The notes under the pieces are model-generated. The model saw only the letters and a list, made by a program, of their open reading frames with translations, was not told the DNA's origin and did no database searches. The translations under genes were made by a program, and so were the position numbers. DNA of 64,000 nucleotides from Candidatus Omnitrophota bacterium (GTDB lineage Bacteria; Omnitrophota; Gorgyraeia; Gorgyraeales; Gorgyraeaceae), in assembly GCA_030649895.1 (NCBI GenBank), contig JAUSEX010000045.1, positions 17,875 through 81,874 of the forward strand, written 5' to 3'. Positions within the stretch are counted from its first letter, which is position 1. Every line of letters begins with the position of its first letter. Shown piece by piece: positions 30,287 to 39,036 of the stretch.

Positions 30287-31777
30287 CTATTTTTCAATCC
30301 TAAAATTCTCTATATGCATCTCGGGCTCGGCTATTATAACTATCCTTGTTTTATAAAACGCCTCCATTTTGGCTATTGCCGGCCTGTCTTCGTTAAGCAT
30401 ATAATTTGCAACCTCGGGATGCACATATGAACGAACCTCTTTCAGCCTCGCTTTTTCTATCTGTTTTTTTATCGACCTTAAGACCTCTATCGCCATTGTA
30501 GCGGCTGATTTGACAGAGCCCCTGCCGCGACAATAAGGGCAGTCTTTATAAGAAACCTTTTTAACGCCTTTTCGTATCCTCTGCCTTGTTATCTGCACAA
30601 TGCCGAATTCAGACATCTTAAGCATATTGATCTTTGCCCTGTCTTTTTTGAATATATTTACAAGTATGTCAAATATATCCCGGTTGTGCTTTTCCCTTAC
30701 CATATCTATAAAATCAATTATAACTATGCCGCCTATATCCCTGAGCCGTATCTGCCTGGCAATCTCTATAGCCGCCTCACTGTTGACCTTGAAAGCAGTC
30801 TCTTCCATCTGCTTCTTGTTGAAGCTCCCGCTGTTCACGTCTATGGCGATAAGCCCTTCGGTCTCTTCAATAAAAACATAACCTCCGCATTTTAGCTCTA
30901 TCTTTTTATTATAAAGCTTTTCAACCTCTTTCTCTATGCCGCGGGAATCAAAAAGCGCGGTCTTTTCCTGATAGAACATCAGTTTTCTTTTCATGCTGGG
31001 CATCATATTATTCGCAAAATGCATCAGCTTTTTATACTCATCCCTGTTGTCCACCAGGACCCTGGCGATATCCTCCGTAAATATATCCCTTAGTATCCTG
31101 AACGTTAAAGAATATTCTTCGCTCACTAGATTCGGGGCTTTTACTTTAGTGGAGCGGTTTTTTATGTTCCGCCACAGCGCAGACAAATATCTTATCTCGC
31201 GCCTGAAATCAGCTTCGCTTTTACCCACTCCCGCGGTCCTTACGATAAGCCCCATATCAAAATTCGGCATTATCTTCTTTAAGATCTGACGCAGCCTTTC
31301 TCTCTCGGCATGATCAGTAACCTTTTTAGAAATCCCCATGTGATGGTCGAAAGGCATCAGGACCACGAACCTTCCCGGCAAACCAACATGAGTCGTAAGC
31401 CTCGGGCCTTTATTCCCTATCGGCTCTTTTACAACCTGCACCAGGACCTCCTGGCCTTTCTTGACCAGCTTATCTATATCCGAAGGCTTGGGCCTTGGCG
31501 TATGCCGCTGGTGATGGGCGCTGGTTTCCAGGAGATCAAATTCCCGGGCAGGCGACATCATGTCGGTTACATATAAAAATCCATTTTTCCCAAACCCAAT
31601 ATCCACAAACGCGGCGCCTATGCCTGACATAACGGAATTCACCGTGCCCTTATAGATATTACCCACCAGGCTTACTTCCGAAGGCCTTTCTACATGATAT
31701 TCCTCGAGAGCATTGCCTTCGATTACGGCAACCCTTTTTTCCTGGGGCTCTACATTTATTAAAATCTCTTTTTGCAT
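30287..31777 (-). CDS. rng: Ribonuclease G/E family endoribonuclease
   Basis: 496 aa with an S1 domain (GNIYKGTVNSVMSGIGAAFVDIG) and the RNase E/G catalytic core. Confidence 0.9.
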   Translation of the reverse strand: MQKEILINVEPQEKRVAVIEGNALEEYHVERPSEVSLVGNIYKGTVNSVMSGIGAAFVDIGFGKNGFLYVTDMMSPAREFDLLETSAHHQRHTPRPKPSDIDKLVKKGQEVLVQVVKEPIGNKGPRLTTHVGLPGRFVVLMPFDHHMGISKKVTDHAERERLRQILKKIMPNFDMGLIVRTAGVGKSEADFRREIRYLSALWRNIKNRSTKVKAPNLVSEEYSLTFRILRDIFTEDIARVLVDNRDEYKKLMHFANNMMPSMKRKLMFYQEKTALFDSRGIEKEVEKLYNKKIELKCGGYVFIEETEGLIAIDVNSGSFNKKQMEETAFKVNSEAAIEIARQIRLRDIGGIVIIDFIDMVREKHNRDIFDILVNIFKKDRAKINMLKMSEFGIVQITRQRIRKGVKKVSYKDCPYCRGRGSVKSAATMAIEVLRSIKKQIEKARLKEVRSYVHPEVANYMLNEDRPAIAKMEAFYKTRIVIIAEPEMHIENFRIEK

Positions 31778-32058
31778 TCCAACACCTTTATTCCTTCCGG
31801 TAATTTTTCATTCATTCTGTTTTTAAACACCTCCGGATCCATCCAGTTATCTATCGTAAATACCGCCCGCTCGCCTTCGCTTTCAACGCCGAGCTTCAGG
31901 GCATTTGAAAAGCCTATCTTGTAATGCGGGGTAAAGCCCTGACTCAGGGTTACCGGCAGGCCGGCTCTCCTTATAGTCCTCTGAAAAAGCCTTACGATAT
32001 CCAGGTGGGAGATATATTTCAACGCGCCCTTTTTGCAAAACATGACTTCTAATTTCAT
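31759..32058 (-). CDS. DUF2344 (TIGR03936-like radical-SAM-linked) protein, apparently C-terminally truncated to ~99 aa
   Basis: MKLEVMFCKKGALKYISHLDIVRLFQRTIRRAGLPVTLSQGFTPHYKIGF matches the DUF2344 N-terminal motif. The track N-terminus is a read-through of the repeat at 32125..32224. Confidence 0.6.
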   Translation of the reverse strand: MKLEVMFCKKGALKYISHLDIVRLFQRTIRRAGLPVTLSQGFTPHYKIGFSNALKLGVESEGERAVFTIDNWMDPEVFKNRMNEKLPEGIKVLECKKRF

Positions 32059-32124
32059 TTTATGCTGAAGTTGACACTTTTGACTGACACTTTTGACAAT
32101 GTTAGTTTTGTAAACTTTGTTTAA

Positions 32125-32224
32125 CTTCTCGACTCTGCTCCCTTGACTTACTCTCGTGACCGCTCGAAGAATAATAATGTTCGAGCGGACATTCTGGCTA
32201 TACATATAAGCCCAGTCGAGAACT
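32125..32224. repeat. Family A repeat element (full, near-consensus) between the DUF2344 gene and pilQ
   Basis: TTCTCGACTCTGCTCCCTTGACTTACTCGTGACCGCTCGAAGAATAATAATGTTCGAGCGGACATTCTGGCTATACATATAAGCCCAGTCGAGAAC. Confidence 0.9.
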
Positions 32225-33656
32225 ACTTTGTAATAGCTGCTAACTCAGGTTTAATCAAATTGACTGTTACAAAAAATAAAAGATCTGTTTTCTCTTTTGT
32301 CTTTTCAGTTTTCCTAAAAGGTATGCCAAACAAAGGTATATCCCCTAATAACGGAATCTTAGTAATCTTATCTACTTCTTTTTCGCTGATAAGGCCTCCT
32401 ATTACTATAGTCTGGCCATCTCTCAGCATTAATTGAGTTTCTGCTTTCCTGACAGCATAAACAGGCACCTGGACCTGCGCTGTAAGCTGGTCATATCGAA
32501 GCAGCGAGCTCAGCTCAGGTTTCAAAGAGAGCGTTATGGTCCCTTCCGAATTTATCTGCGGAGTAACTTTCAGTAAAATACCTAACTCCTTTTCTGTATA
32601 ACCCGTTATCTCCATAGTCCCCGTAGATGTATTTCTTTCGTATTTCGGTATATTTAAAGTCTGGCCTACTGTGATAAGCGCCTCTTGATTATTTAGAACT
32701 ACGATCTTTGGATTTGAAATTATTTTAGTACCCCCCCTGGAAGAAAGAACTTCCAATACTGCCTGAAATTGCGAGAAATCCAGGGTCCCGAATGTAAAAT
32801 TACTGACAGCCGCATATGGAAAACTCGGCGTGCCAGCGGAAGCCGTAGAAAAATCCGCTACTGATTGAGTTACGATTGCATTACCCTGAGAATCATAGTT
32901 AATCGTATCTTGCGGCGGTTTCGGTATGGGTATGTATTTATACCCCGTGCTCGCGGTAAGATTGCTTTTAAACGGCGTTGTCACTGGAATTTTTGCGCCT
33001 GAGGCGACAATCTTCGTCTGCCACTCAATACCAAGCTTGTCGGAATTGCCAAGCGTGGTCTCTATTATCTTTGCCTCTATCATAACCTGCTTTGTCTGCG
33101 CGTCAAGTTTCAGCACCACTTCTCTTATTTTGTAAATATTAGTAGCTATATCCGTCACTATCAATAGATTTGTCCTTTCGTCAAATTTTACTTTACCGCG
33201 GCTGGAGAGCATCTCTCCTATTGCCTGTGGCACGTTTTTAGCATTCGCATAATTAAGCGAAAAGACCTCTGTGACAAGCTCTTCGTTTTCCAGGTTTGCG
33301 GTAGTAGCTACGCGTATAATATTCCCTTCCCTCTCGTATACATAGCCATACGTTCTCAATATAATATCCAGCGCCTTTTCCCACGGCACATCAGTAAGCC
33401 GTATAGTTACAAGGCCTGTCACATCCTTTCCTACTACAATATTCATGCCGCTTTTGTAAGAGAGTATCCTCAGGACATTATTTATATCTGCGTCTTTAAA
33501 ATCCATTGTCACGTTGCCCGGAGCTGTTTCTGCCTCCTGACTGGCTCCTGTCTTAACAGGTTCTACGGCCTGATCTTCAACTGCCCCGTCGTCCTGGCCA
33601 AAAGAAGCGCATGTAAAAACCAAAAATAAACTAATAAAGATTACCCATGTTTTCAT
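32223..33656 (-). CDS. pilQ: Type IV pilus / T2SS outer-membrane secretin
   Basis: 477 aa with a signal peptide and a secretin C-domain (…GGLISEKEVDKITKIPLLGDIPLFGIPFR). Confidence 0.9.
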   Translation of the reverse strand: MKTWVIFISLFLVFTCASFGQDDGAVEDQAVEPVKTGASQEAETAPGNVTMDFKDADINNVLRILSYKSGMNIVVGKDVTGLVTIRLTDVPWEKALDIILRTYGYVYEREGNIIRVATTANLENEELVTEVFSLNYANAKNVPQAIGEMLSSRGKVKFDERTNLLIVTDIATNIYKIREVVLKLDAQTKQVMIEAKIIETTLGNSDKLGIEWQTKIVASGAKIPVTTPFKSNLTASTGYKYIPIPKPPQDTINYDSQGNAIVTQSVADFSTASAGTPSFPYAAVSNFTFGTLDFSQFQAVLEVLSSRGGTKIISNPKIVVLNNQEALITVGQTLNIPKYERNTSTGTMEITGYTEKELGILLKVTPQINSEGTITLSLKPELSSLLRYDQLTAQVQVPVYAVRKAETQLMLRDGQTIVIGGLISEKEVDKITKIPLLGDIPLFGIPFRKTEKTKEKTDLLFFVTVNLIKPELAAITK

Positions 33657-33679
33657 CTTATTCCTCCGTTAATTATTTC

Positions 33680-33743
33680 CGGTTCGCCTTGTTCGCTCGA
33701 AGCCCTTCCGGGTCCGACATTGTTCGGGCGCAGTCAAGAACTA
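33680..33743. repeat. Family A repeat, degenerate, between pilQ and pilP
   Basis: GTTCGCTCGAAGCCCTTCCGGGTCCGACATTGTTCGGGCGCAGTCAAGAACT. Confidence 0.6.
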
Positions 33744-34124
33744 TTCTTTATTAAGCTCTACTTTCACGCTTTCTCCGTTTACGTCAAAAATAACGCTATC
33801 CTTGTTTATCTTAAGAATCTTTATAGAACCCATAACATCCCCTTCTTTTGCTATTTCTCCGTTTATGATCGCTATGGATCCTTTGATATCGTCCCACACT
33901 ATGCCTTCCAGCCTTATATCCTCCGCTGCGCTTGCTTCGTATGCGTCAGATGCGTATCCGCCTGATTCTGAAATAAGAGGGGCAAACGGATCCCGCCTGC
34001 CTTTCGGATTGTACTTAAACGCGTCTTCTTCTGCGAACGCAGGCCTAAAATCGCAAACCGCCAAAACTAACAGAACTAATAATATCAATCTCCTGTAGAA
34101 ATATATAGAATTAATAAAGGACAT
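33741..34124 (-). CDS. pilP: Pilus assembly protein PilP-like
   Basis: 127 aa with a signal/lipobox-like N-terminus and the RDPFAPL motif. Confidence 0.7.
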   Translation of the reverse strand: MSFINSIYFYRRLILLVLLVLAVCDFRPAFAEEDAFKYNPKGRRDPFAPLISESGGYASDAYEASAAEDIRLEGIVWDDIKGSIAIINGEIAKEGDVMGSIKILKINKDSVIFDVNGESVKVELNKE

Positions 34125-34671
34125 ACGTGATTATCCTCATCTTTATATCATGATGGCGAGGGTCCTTAGCGAGCCCTGCCACATCCAGGCCTGTAATCCT
34201 TATAAATCTGTCCATGGTCTCTAATTTATTTATAAACGCTCCGAGCTGATGATAACCTGCCCTGGCCTCTATTAAAATCTGCAATTCGGCGTAAGAATTA
34301 TTCACGACCTTTTGCTTGGAAAGCAGGGTAGGCTCTTCCAGCGGCTTTATCCTAAGTATGCTAACCCCCGAAGACTCTGCGATATTTGAAAAATCCTCAA
34401 GAAGGCTTGAAATCTGGTCATGAGCCGGTAATCTTTTTTCAAGATAATCCGCCTTTTTCTCAAAATTCTCATGCTGGCTCATGACCGCGGCCTCATTGGC
34501 TATCAGCGCCTCTCCGCTCTTCACCTTTTCCTTAATCATTTTAAACTCTTTATTCCTTGCGATAAACTTTGAGAATTGCGGCCTTAAGAGAAGGTTATAA
34601 TAAAGCATAAGCCCAGCAATGCCAAATATCGCGACCAGTATATATATTTTTTGTTTTTCTTTAATATCCAT
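34111..34671 (-). CDS. pilO: Pilus assembly protein PilO
   Basis: 186 aa, N-terminal TM then coiled-coil, positioned within pilMNOPQ. Confidence 0.75.
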   Translation of the reverse strand: MDIKEKQKIYILVAIFGIAGLMLYYNLLLRPQFSKFIARNKEFKMIKEKVKSGEALIANEAAVMSQHENFEKKADYLEKRLPAHDQISSLLEDFSNIAESSGVSILRIKPLEEPTLLSKQKVVNNSYAELQILIEARAGYHQLGAFINKLETMDRFIRITGLDVAGLAKDPRHHDIKMRIITYVLY

Positions 34672-34691
34672 ACTTATGTCCTTCTTAATTT

Positions 34692-34758
34692 CACTAGAAG
34701 AATATTCAGTATTATTCGAGCGAGTCCCGGCATATGCCGGAACGAGTCGAGAACTACT
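34692..34758. repeat. Family A repeat element between pilO and pilN
   Basis: CTAGAAGAATATTCAGTATTATTCGAGCGAGTCCCGGCATATGCCGGAACGAGTCGAGAACT. Confidence 0.75.
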
Positions 34759-35335
34759 GGAAATAAAGGGCTATCTTGAACTCGACTATATCCCTTTCTT
34801 CTTTATTTCTTCTCTGCACGGATTCGAGTTTTATATTGCTGAAATCCTTAAAAAACACCTGGTCGTCTTTCAGATTTTTCATAAACTTTCCTACAAACGC
34901 CATAGCCTCTTCGCTCTTAGATACAACGCTGCCTTCTATTATCAGCCTATTTTCATTATCCGTATAAATATGCGTGAACCATATCCCTGGCAAGATCAGG
35001 TCCGAGAGCTGGTTTAACTTTTCAGTCCACAAAAATTTTCTTTTTGTAAGCTGATCCAGGGCTGTCATCTTGGATTTCAGCACAGCTATCTCTTTGTTCA
35101 CGGAATCTATATGGGAAATTTTTCCGGAAAAATTATTTTCTCTGGCCAATAACTTTTTTATTTGAGCGTCCATAATAAAAGACCCCAACGAAAGCGCTAT
35201 GATAATAAATATCAGAATTCCTATTGCGCCTCCGACTATAAGAAACTTGAGCTTTTCAGCTTCAATATTAAGATTAAAAGAAAGCTCTGTTTTTTTCTTC
35301 CTAAGCCCTTCAGGTAAAAGGTTAATTTCTATCAT
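34754..35335 (-). CDS. pilN: Pilus assembly protein PilN
   Basis: 193 aa; begins MIEINLLPEGLRKKK then a TM helix. Confidence 0.8.
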   Translation of the reverse strand: MIEINLLPEGLRKKKTELSFNLNIEAEKLKFLIVGGAIGILIFIIIALSLGSFIMDAQIKKLLARENNFSGKISHIDSVNKEIAVLKSKMTALDQLTKRKFLWTEKLNQLSDLILPGIWFTHIYTDNENRLIIEGSVVSKSEEAMAFVGKFMKNLKDDQVFFKDFSNIKLESVQRRNKEERDIVEFKIALYFQ

Positions 35336-35344
35336 AATTAATCT

Positions 35345-35363
35345 TCCCGTTCGTCGATCGGGA
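35345..35363. repeat. Family D short palindrome (TCCCGTTCGTCGATCGGGA) between pilM and pilN
   Basis: Related to the palindromes at 40670..40692 and 46676..46728. Confidence 0.5.
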
Positions 35364-35371
35364 CAGGTATT

Positions 35372-36355
35372 TTATTTCCTCAGCGCCAGGCCCATTGCCG
35401 CTGCGAACTGGCCAGGAAAATCTTTAAACTCTTTACAGCAAGATCCGTCAGAAATCTGAATTCCCTCGGATGGATCCCATAAAACAACCTCTATCCCAAG
35501 ATTCTCTTTTAAAAAATCCAGCATATTAAAAAGATAAGCCCCGCCGCCGCTCATGTAAAGCCTTTCTATGCTTTTGCCAAATTGCGTTTCAAAGTAATCA
35601 AAAGACATGCGTACCTCTGTTATAAATTTTTCCAGCGCCGACATCACAACACCGGACATTTCTATCTTTCTATCTCCGGGATTGCGCTTTAGATTCTCCG
35701 CATCATCAAGATTCAAGCCTAGTGATTCTTTGATCCTGCTGGTAATATCCGAACCTCCCCACAACAGGTCCCTTGTAAAATAGGGGTACGCGCCTACGGC
35801 TATGTTCATATTGGAAAATCTGGCGCCGATGTTTATCATTGCGTAAACATTTTCTTGCTTGGCCTGAAGTCCGACCCTTTGAAACGCATTTAATATCGCC
35901 ACGGTATCCACGTCTATATTGGCTATATCGAGCCCTGCATCTTTAAAAATCTCCATATAGCTATTCACCTTGTCCTTCTTGGCAGCCACAAGCAACACCC
36001 TGTTCGCATTACCCGAAGGGCCTTTATCCAGAATAGCGCAATCCAGTATTGCCTCATTGATGTCAAACGGTATATATTTGCCGCCTTCAAATTTTATAGC
36101 GCTCTTAAGCTCTTCTCTTTTCATAGGCGGCATTTCAATATAACGCACAATGACCGACGGTCCTGACAGAGAAATGTTTGCTCGTTTCGAGGATAGTTTT
36201 GAAAAAGCCAATAAATCCTTCAGGCTGGTTTTGACATCCTCGCCCGAAATAGCATTAATAGCGCATCTTGAAAGTTCCAGCTTGCCCCTTTTTTCCTGAA
36301 GCTCTATCAGCTTTATGCTGCTAGAGCCTATGTCAATTCCGGCCGGCCTTATCAT
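35372..36355 (-). CDS. pilM: Pilus assembly ATPase-like (actin fold) protein PilM
   Basis: MIRPAGIDIGSSSIKLIEL... Confidence 0.9.
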   Translation of the reverse strand: MIRPAGIDIGSSSIKLIELQEKRGKLELSRCAINAISGEDVKTSLKDLLAFSKLSSKRANISLSGPSVIVRYIEMPPMKREELKSAIKFEGGKYIPFDINEAILDCAILDKGPSGNANRVLLVAAKKDKVNSYMEIFKDAGLDIANIDVDTVAILNAFQRVGLQAKQENVYAMINIGARFSNMNIAVGAYPYFTRDLLWGGSDITSRIKESLGLNLDDAENLKRNPGDRKIEMSGVVMSALEKFITEVRMSFDYFETQFGKSIERLYMSGGGAYLFNMLDFLKENLGIEVVLWDPSEGIQISDGSCCKEFKDFPGQFAAAMGLALRK

Positions 36356-36412
36356 TATTATTTAGCACCTATATTAATTATTTATATAAGCTATATCATC
36401 TAATAAAAATAC

Positions 36413-36500
36413 TGTTCTAGCGGACATTGTGACTATGCACGTGAGCCCGGTCTAGAGCTTCTCGACTCACTCGCTTCGCTAGTTCGCTCGAAAAATATAG
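36413..36500. repeat. Family A repeat element (inverted orientation) between pilM and the first pilin gene
   Basis: GTTCTAGCGGACATTGTGACTATGCACGTGAGCCCGGTCTAGAGCTTCTCGACTCACTCGCTTCGCTAGTTCGCTCGAAAAATAT. Confidence 0.8.
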
Positions 36501-36516
36501 CTGCAATTTTATCGAA

Positions 36517-36960
36517 TTATTCCACCACAGGATCAGCTGCGCTTGCCTGTCCGCTGCTGTTTGCCCTGATGATCCCTGACTCATCCGCAAAAAAATGCCT
36601 AGTCCCAGTTTTACCGAAAAAAGTCGGATCGGCATTCAATATAAAGCTTTCCGTATCTATCAATACGTATGTAAAACTATAACCCTGTTTTGTCCCGCTT
36701 GCAAGAACGCTGTCAATATACGCAGGATTCGAGACCGGGGCTATAAGATCCGACAGGCCTGAAGGATAAGTATGCGGAAGGGTATTTGCGTAAAAATTCT
36801 GGCACGCGGTAACAATAGTCTTAAACGCGACTATAGCGGCTAATTCATTTGCGTTATGCCTTGCGCGCAATACATTCGAAACAACAAGCGTTGCAAGGGT
36901 CATAACTATCGCAACCACTATCATTATCTCAACTAGCGTAAATCCTCTTTTTGAGTTCAT
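36517..36960 (-). CDS. Type IV pilin / pseudopilin (prepilin-type N-terminal cleavage/methylation domain)
   Basis: MNSKRGFTLVEIMIVVAIVMTLATL is the class III signal peptide. Confidence 0.9.
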   Translation of the reverse strand: MNSKRGFTLVEIMIVVAIVMTLATLVVSNVLRARHNANELAAIVAFKTIVTACQNFYANTLPHTYPSGLSDLIAPVSNPAYIDSVLASGTKQGYSFTYVLIDTESFILNADPTFFGKTGTRHFFADESGIIRANSSGQASAADPVVE

Positions 36961-37065
36961 TTATAATAAATTATACGATTTTGACTCAAAAGTCAAGCAA
37001 AAATGCCAGCTGGTATTTATTTTTGCTTTATTCCACAAAGGCCTTTTGCGAGATCTCCGATTGAC

Positions 37066-37099
37066 AAAAAAAGTGCCACGCGTATGCGTGGCACTTTTT
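37066..37099 (-). terminator. Rho-independent (bidirectional) terminator between the two pilin genes
   Basis: AAAAAAA-GTGCCACGC-GTAT-GCGTGGCAC-TTTTT; 9-bp GC-rich stem flanked by A and T tracts. Confidence 0.8.
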
Positions 37100-37123
37100 A
37101 TTAATATAATATTAAACAATTGC

Positions 37124-37573
37124 TTATTCTATCGGCGCTCCCGATACGTTAGTAAGCCTTATTACGCCACTCTCATCCACGAAGAAAACACGCGTACCTG
37201 TTGTACCGCTTACCGCAGGGCTTGCCGTGCAAGTAAACTGATTGGCGTTTACAAGCGCATATGTATAAAAATAACCCTGCTTTGCAGTTCCTGCTGCTGT
37301 AGCGCCCGCTAATCCACCGTCAATATACGCTGGCGTTGCCGAGCCCAAAGCTGCAAGGTTTGCCGGATAAGTCGTAGGTGTCTGAGCCGAACGGAAACTC
37401 TCGCAAGCCGTGCTGACTGTTCTCAAGGCCGCTATTGCCGCCGCCTCATTTGCGTTATGCCTTGCCCTCAATAAGTTCGGTATTGCTATTGCTGCTAATA
37501 GAGATATGATTGCGACGACTATCATTATTTCTACAAGCGTAAAACCACGTCCACTTCTTAATTTTAACAACAT
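37124..37573 (-). CDS. Type IV pilin (major pilin candidate)
   Basis: MLLKLRSGRGFTLVEIMIVVAIISLLAAIAIPNLLRAR. Own promoter, GGAGG RBS and a downstream terminator. Confidence 0.9.
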   Translation of the reverse strand: MLLKLRSGRGFTLVEIMIVVAIISLLAAIAIPNLLRARHNANEAAAIAALRTVSTACESFRSAQTPTTYPANLAALGSATPAYIDGGLAGATAAGTAKQGYFYTYALVNANQFTCTASPAVSGTTGTRVFFVDESGVIRLTNVSGAPIE

Positions 37574-37633
37574 CTTTACTGCCTCCTTTCTTTAGCCTCC
37601 AATGGCTTAAAATTATAATGATGACTATAAAAA

Positions 37634-37662
37634 AGTATATCACACATGCCCTGTTTTGTCAA
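37634..37662 (-). promoter_or_regulatory. Sigma70 promoter for the pilin gene at 37124..37573
   Basis: On the minus strand: TTGACA (37662..37657), a 17-nt spacer, TATACT (37639..37634). Confidence 0.65.
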
Positions 37663-37693
37663 GGAACGCCTAGGTTTGGCGCGGGTTTAAGTT

Positions 37694-37737
37694 GCCCACC
37701 TACGGGGTGAGCCATATGGCTCACCCCGTAGGTGGGC
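37694..37737. repeat. 44-bp perfect palindrome GCCCACCTACGGGGTGAGCCATATGGCTCACCCCGTAGGTGGGC
   Basis: Perfect dyad centred on CATATG with a partial third arm (TTAGGTGGGCAAGC). Sits between the pilC 3' end and the pilin promoter, with no adjacent U tract. Confidence 0.9.
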
Positions 37738-37757
37738 TTAGGTGGGCAAGCAAGGGT

Positions 37758-38960
37758 TTAATGGGCTATGATTTCAGTAAGTTTGAAAACCGGCAGAAAC
37801 ATGGCAATAACTATGCCACCTATGACTATGCCCAGAAAGCCTATTATCAAAGGCTCTATAAGGCTGGTGAGGCCGCTTACGGCAGCATCTACCTGGTCTT
37901 CGTAAAAATCAGCTATCTTGGTAAGCATCTTTTCAAGCTTGCCTGTCTGCTCCCCTACCTTGATCATCCTGACAACCATCGGAGGAAAAGCCCCGCTCTT
38001 AGCCAACGGGTCAGCTATGTTTTCCCCCTCTTTTATTCCGGTGCGCACAGACTCCACTGCTTTTTCTATTACAGTGTTGCCTGCGGTTTTCCCGACTATT
38101 TCCAGCGAAACAAGTATAGGCACCCCGCTTTTGACAAGCGTGGCAAGCGTCCTTGTAAATTTTGCGACGGCGACCTTTCTGAAAAGAGGCCCAAGAATCG
38201 GCATATATAAAAGCATCTTGTCGAAATTTTCTCTTCCCTGCCTGGTCTTCATATATTTTTTTAACGCGAACACGGCTATCGCTACCCCTGATACCACATA
38301 TATAAACATTCCTCTTATAGTATCGCTTACAAAAATCAACACCCTCGTGGGAAACGGCAATTGTCCTCCCAGCATTGCAAATATCCCCTTAAAAGTCGGG
38401 ATGACTTTTAAAAGCATGACAAGCGTTATAAGCATTGCCATTGTTATTACAACAGTCGGATATACAAGGCTGGATTTCACTTTTCTCTGCAACATGCTTG
38501 CTTTTTCAAGATATGCGGCAAGCCTGTCAAGGATATCATCCAGCGCTCCGCTTGATTCTCCTGCCCTTACCATATTCACATAAAGCGTTGAAAATACCGC
38601 GGGGTGCCTTGCGAACGCATCAGAAAGGCTGGAACCTGTTTCTATATCGTCTTTTATTTTTGCAAGTATCGCTCTAAAGGCGGGCTTTTCTATCTGTTCG
38701 CATAAAATATCCAGGGCCTGGACCAGCGGTATGCCGCTGTCAACCATAGTCGCGAGCTGCCTGGAAAATATGACTATTTCTTCCAGCTTTACGCTGCCGC
38801 CCGGAGACGCCGGCCTTCTTTTCGCAACCTCTTCTATGGAAATTATTATAAGGTCTTTTTTGCGCAAGGCTTCTATCAGAAGCGCCTTGTCCGAATATTC
38901 CATGACCCCGCTTATTGTTTTCCCGTTAATCTCTTTTGCGGTATATTTAAATGTGGGCAT
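37758..38960 (-). CDS. pilC: Type IV pilus / T2SS inner-membrane platform protein (PilC/GspF)
   Basis: 400 aa with two T2SSF repeats. Confidence 0.9.
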   Translation of the reverse strand: MPTFKYTAKEINGKTISGVMEYSDKALLIEALRKKDLIIISIEEVAKRRPASPGGSVKLEEIVIFSRQLATMVDSGIPLVQALDILCEQIEKPAFRAILAKIKDDIETGSSLSDAFARHPAVFSTLYVNMVRAGESSGALDDILDRLAAYLEKASMLQRKVKSSLVYPTVVITMAMLITLVMLLKVIPTFKGIFAMLGGQLPFPTRVLIFVSDTIRGMFIYVVSGVAIAVFALKKYMKTRQGRENFDKMLLYMPILGPLFRKVAVAKFTRTLATLVKSGVPILVSLEIVGKTAGNTVIEKAVESVRTGIKEGENIADPLAKSGAFPPMVVRMIKVGEQTGKLEKMLTKIADFYEDQVDAAVSGLTSLIEPLIIGFLGIVIGGIVIAMFLPVFKLTEIIAH

Positions 38961-38970
38961 AAATTCTATC

Positions 38971-39036
38971 TTCTCGGTTCAGCTGTTTCGCGGCTTCGCT
39001 CAGAATAAATTCCGCGAGCCGAGAACTACTCCTCTG
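38971..39036. repeat. Family A repeat, degenerate, between pilC and pilB1
   Basis: TTCTCGGTTCAGCTGTTTCGCGGCTTCGCTCAGAATAAATTCCGCGAGCCGAGAACTAC. Confidence 0.55.
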
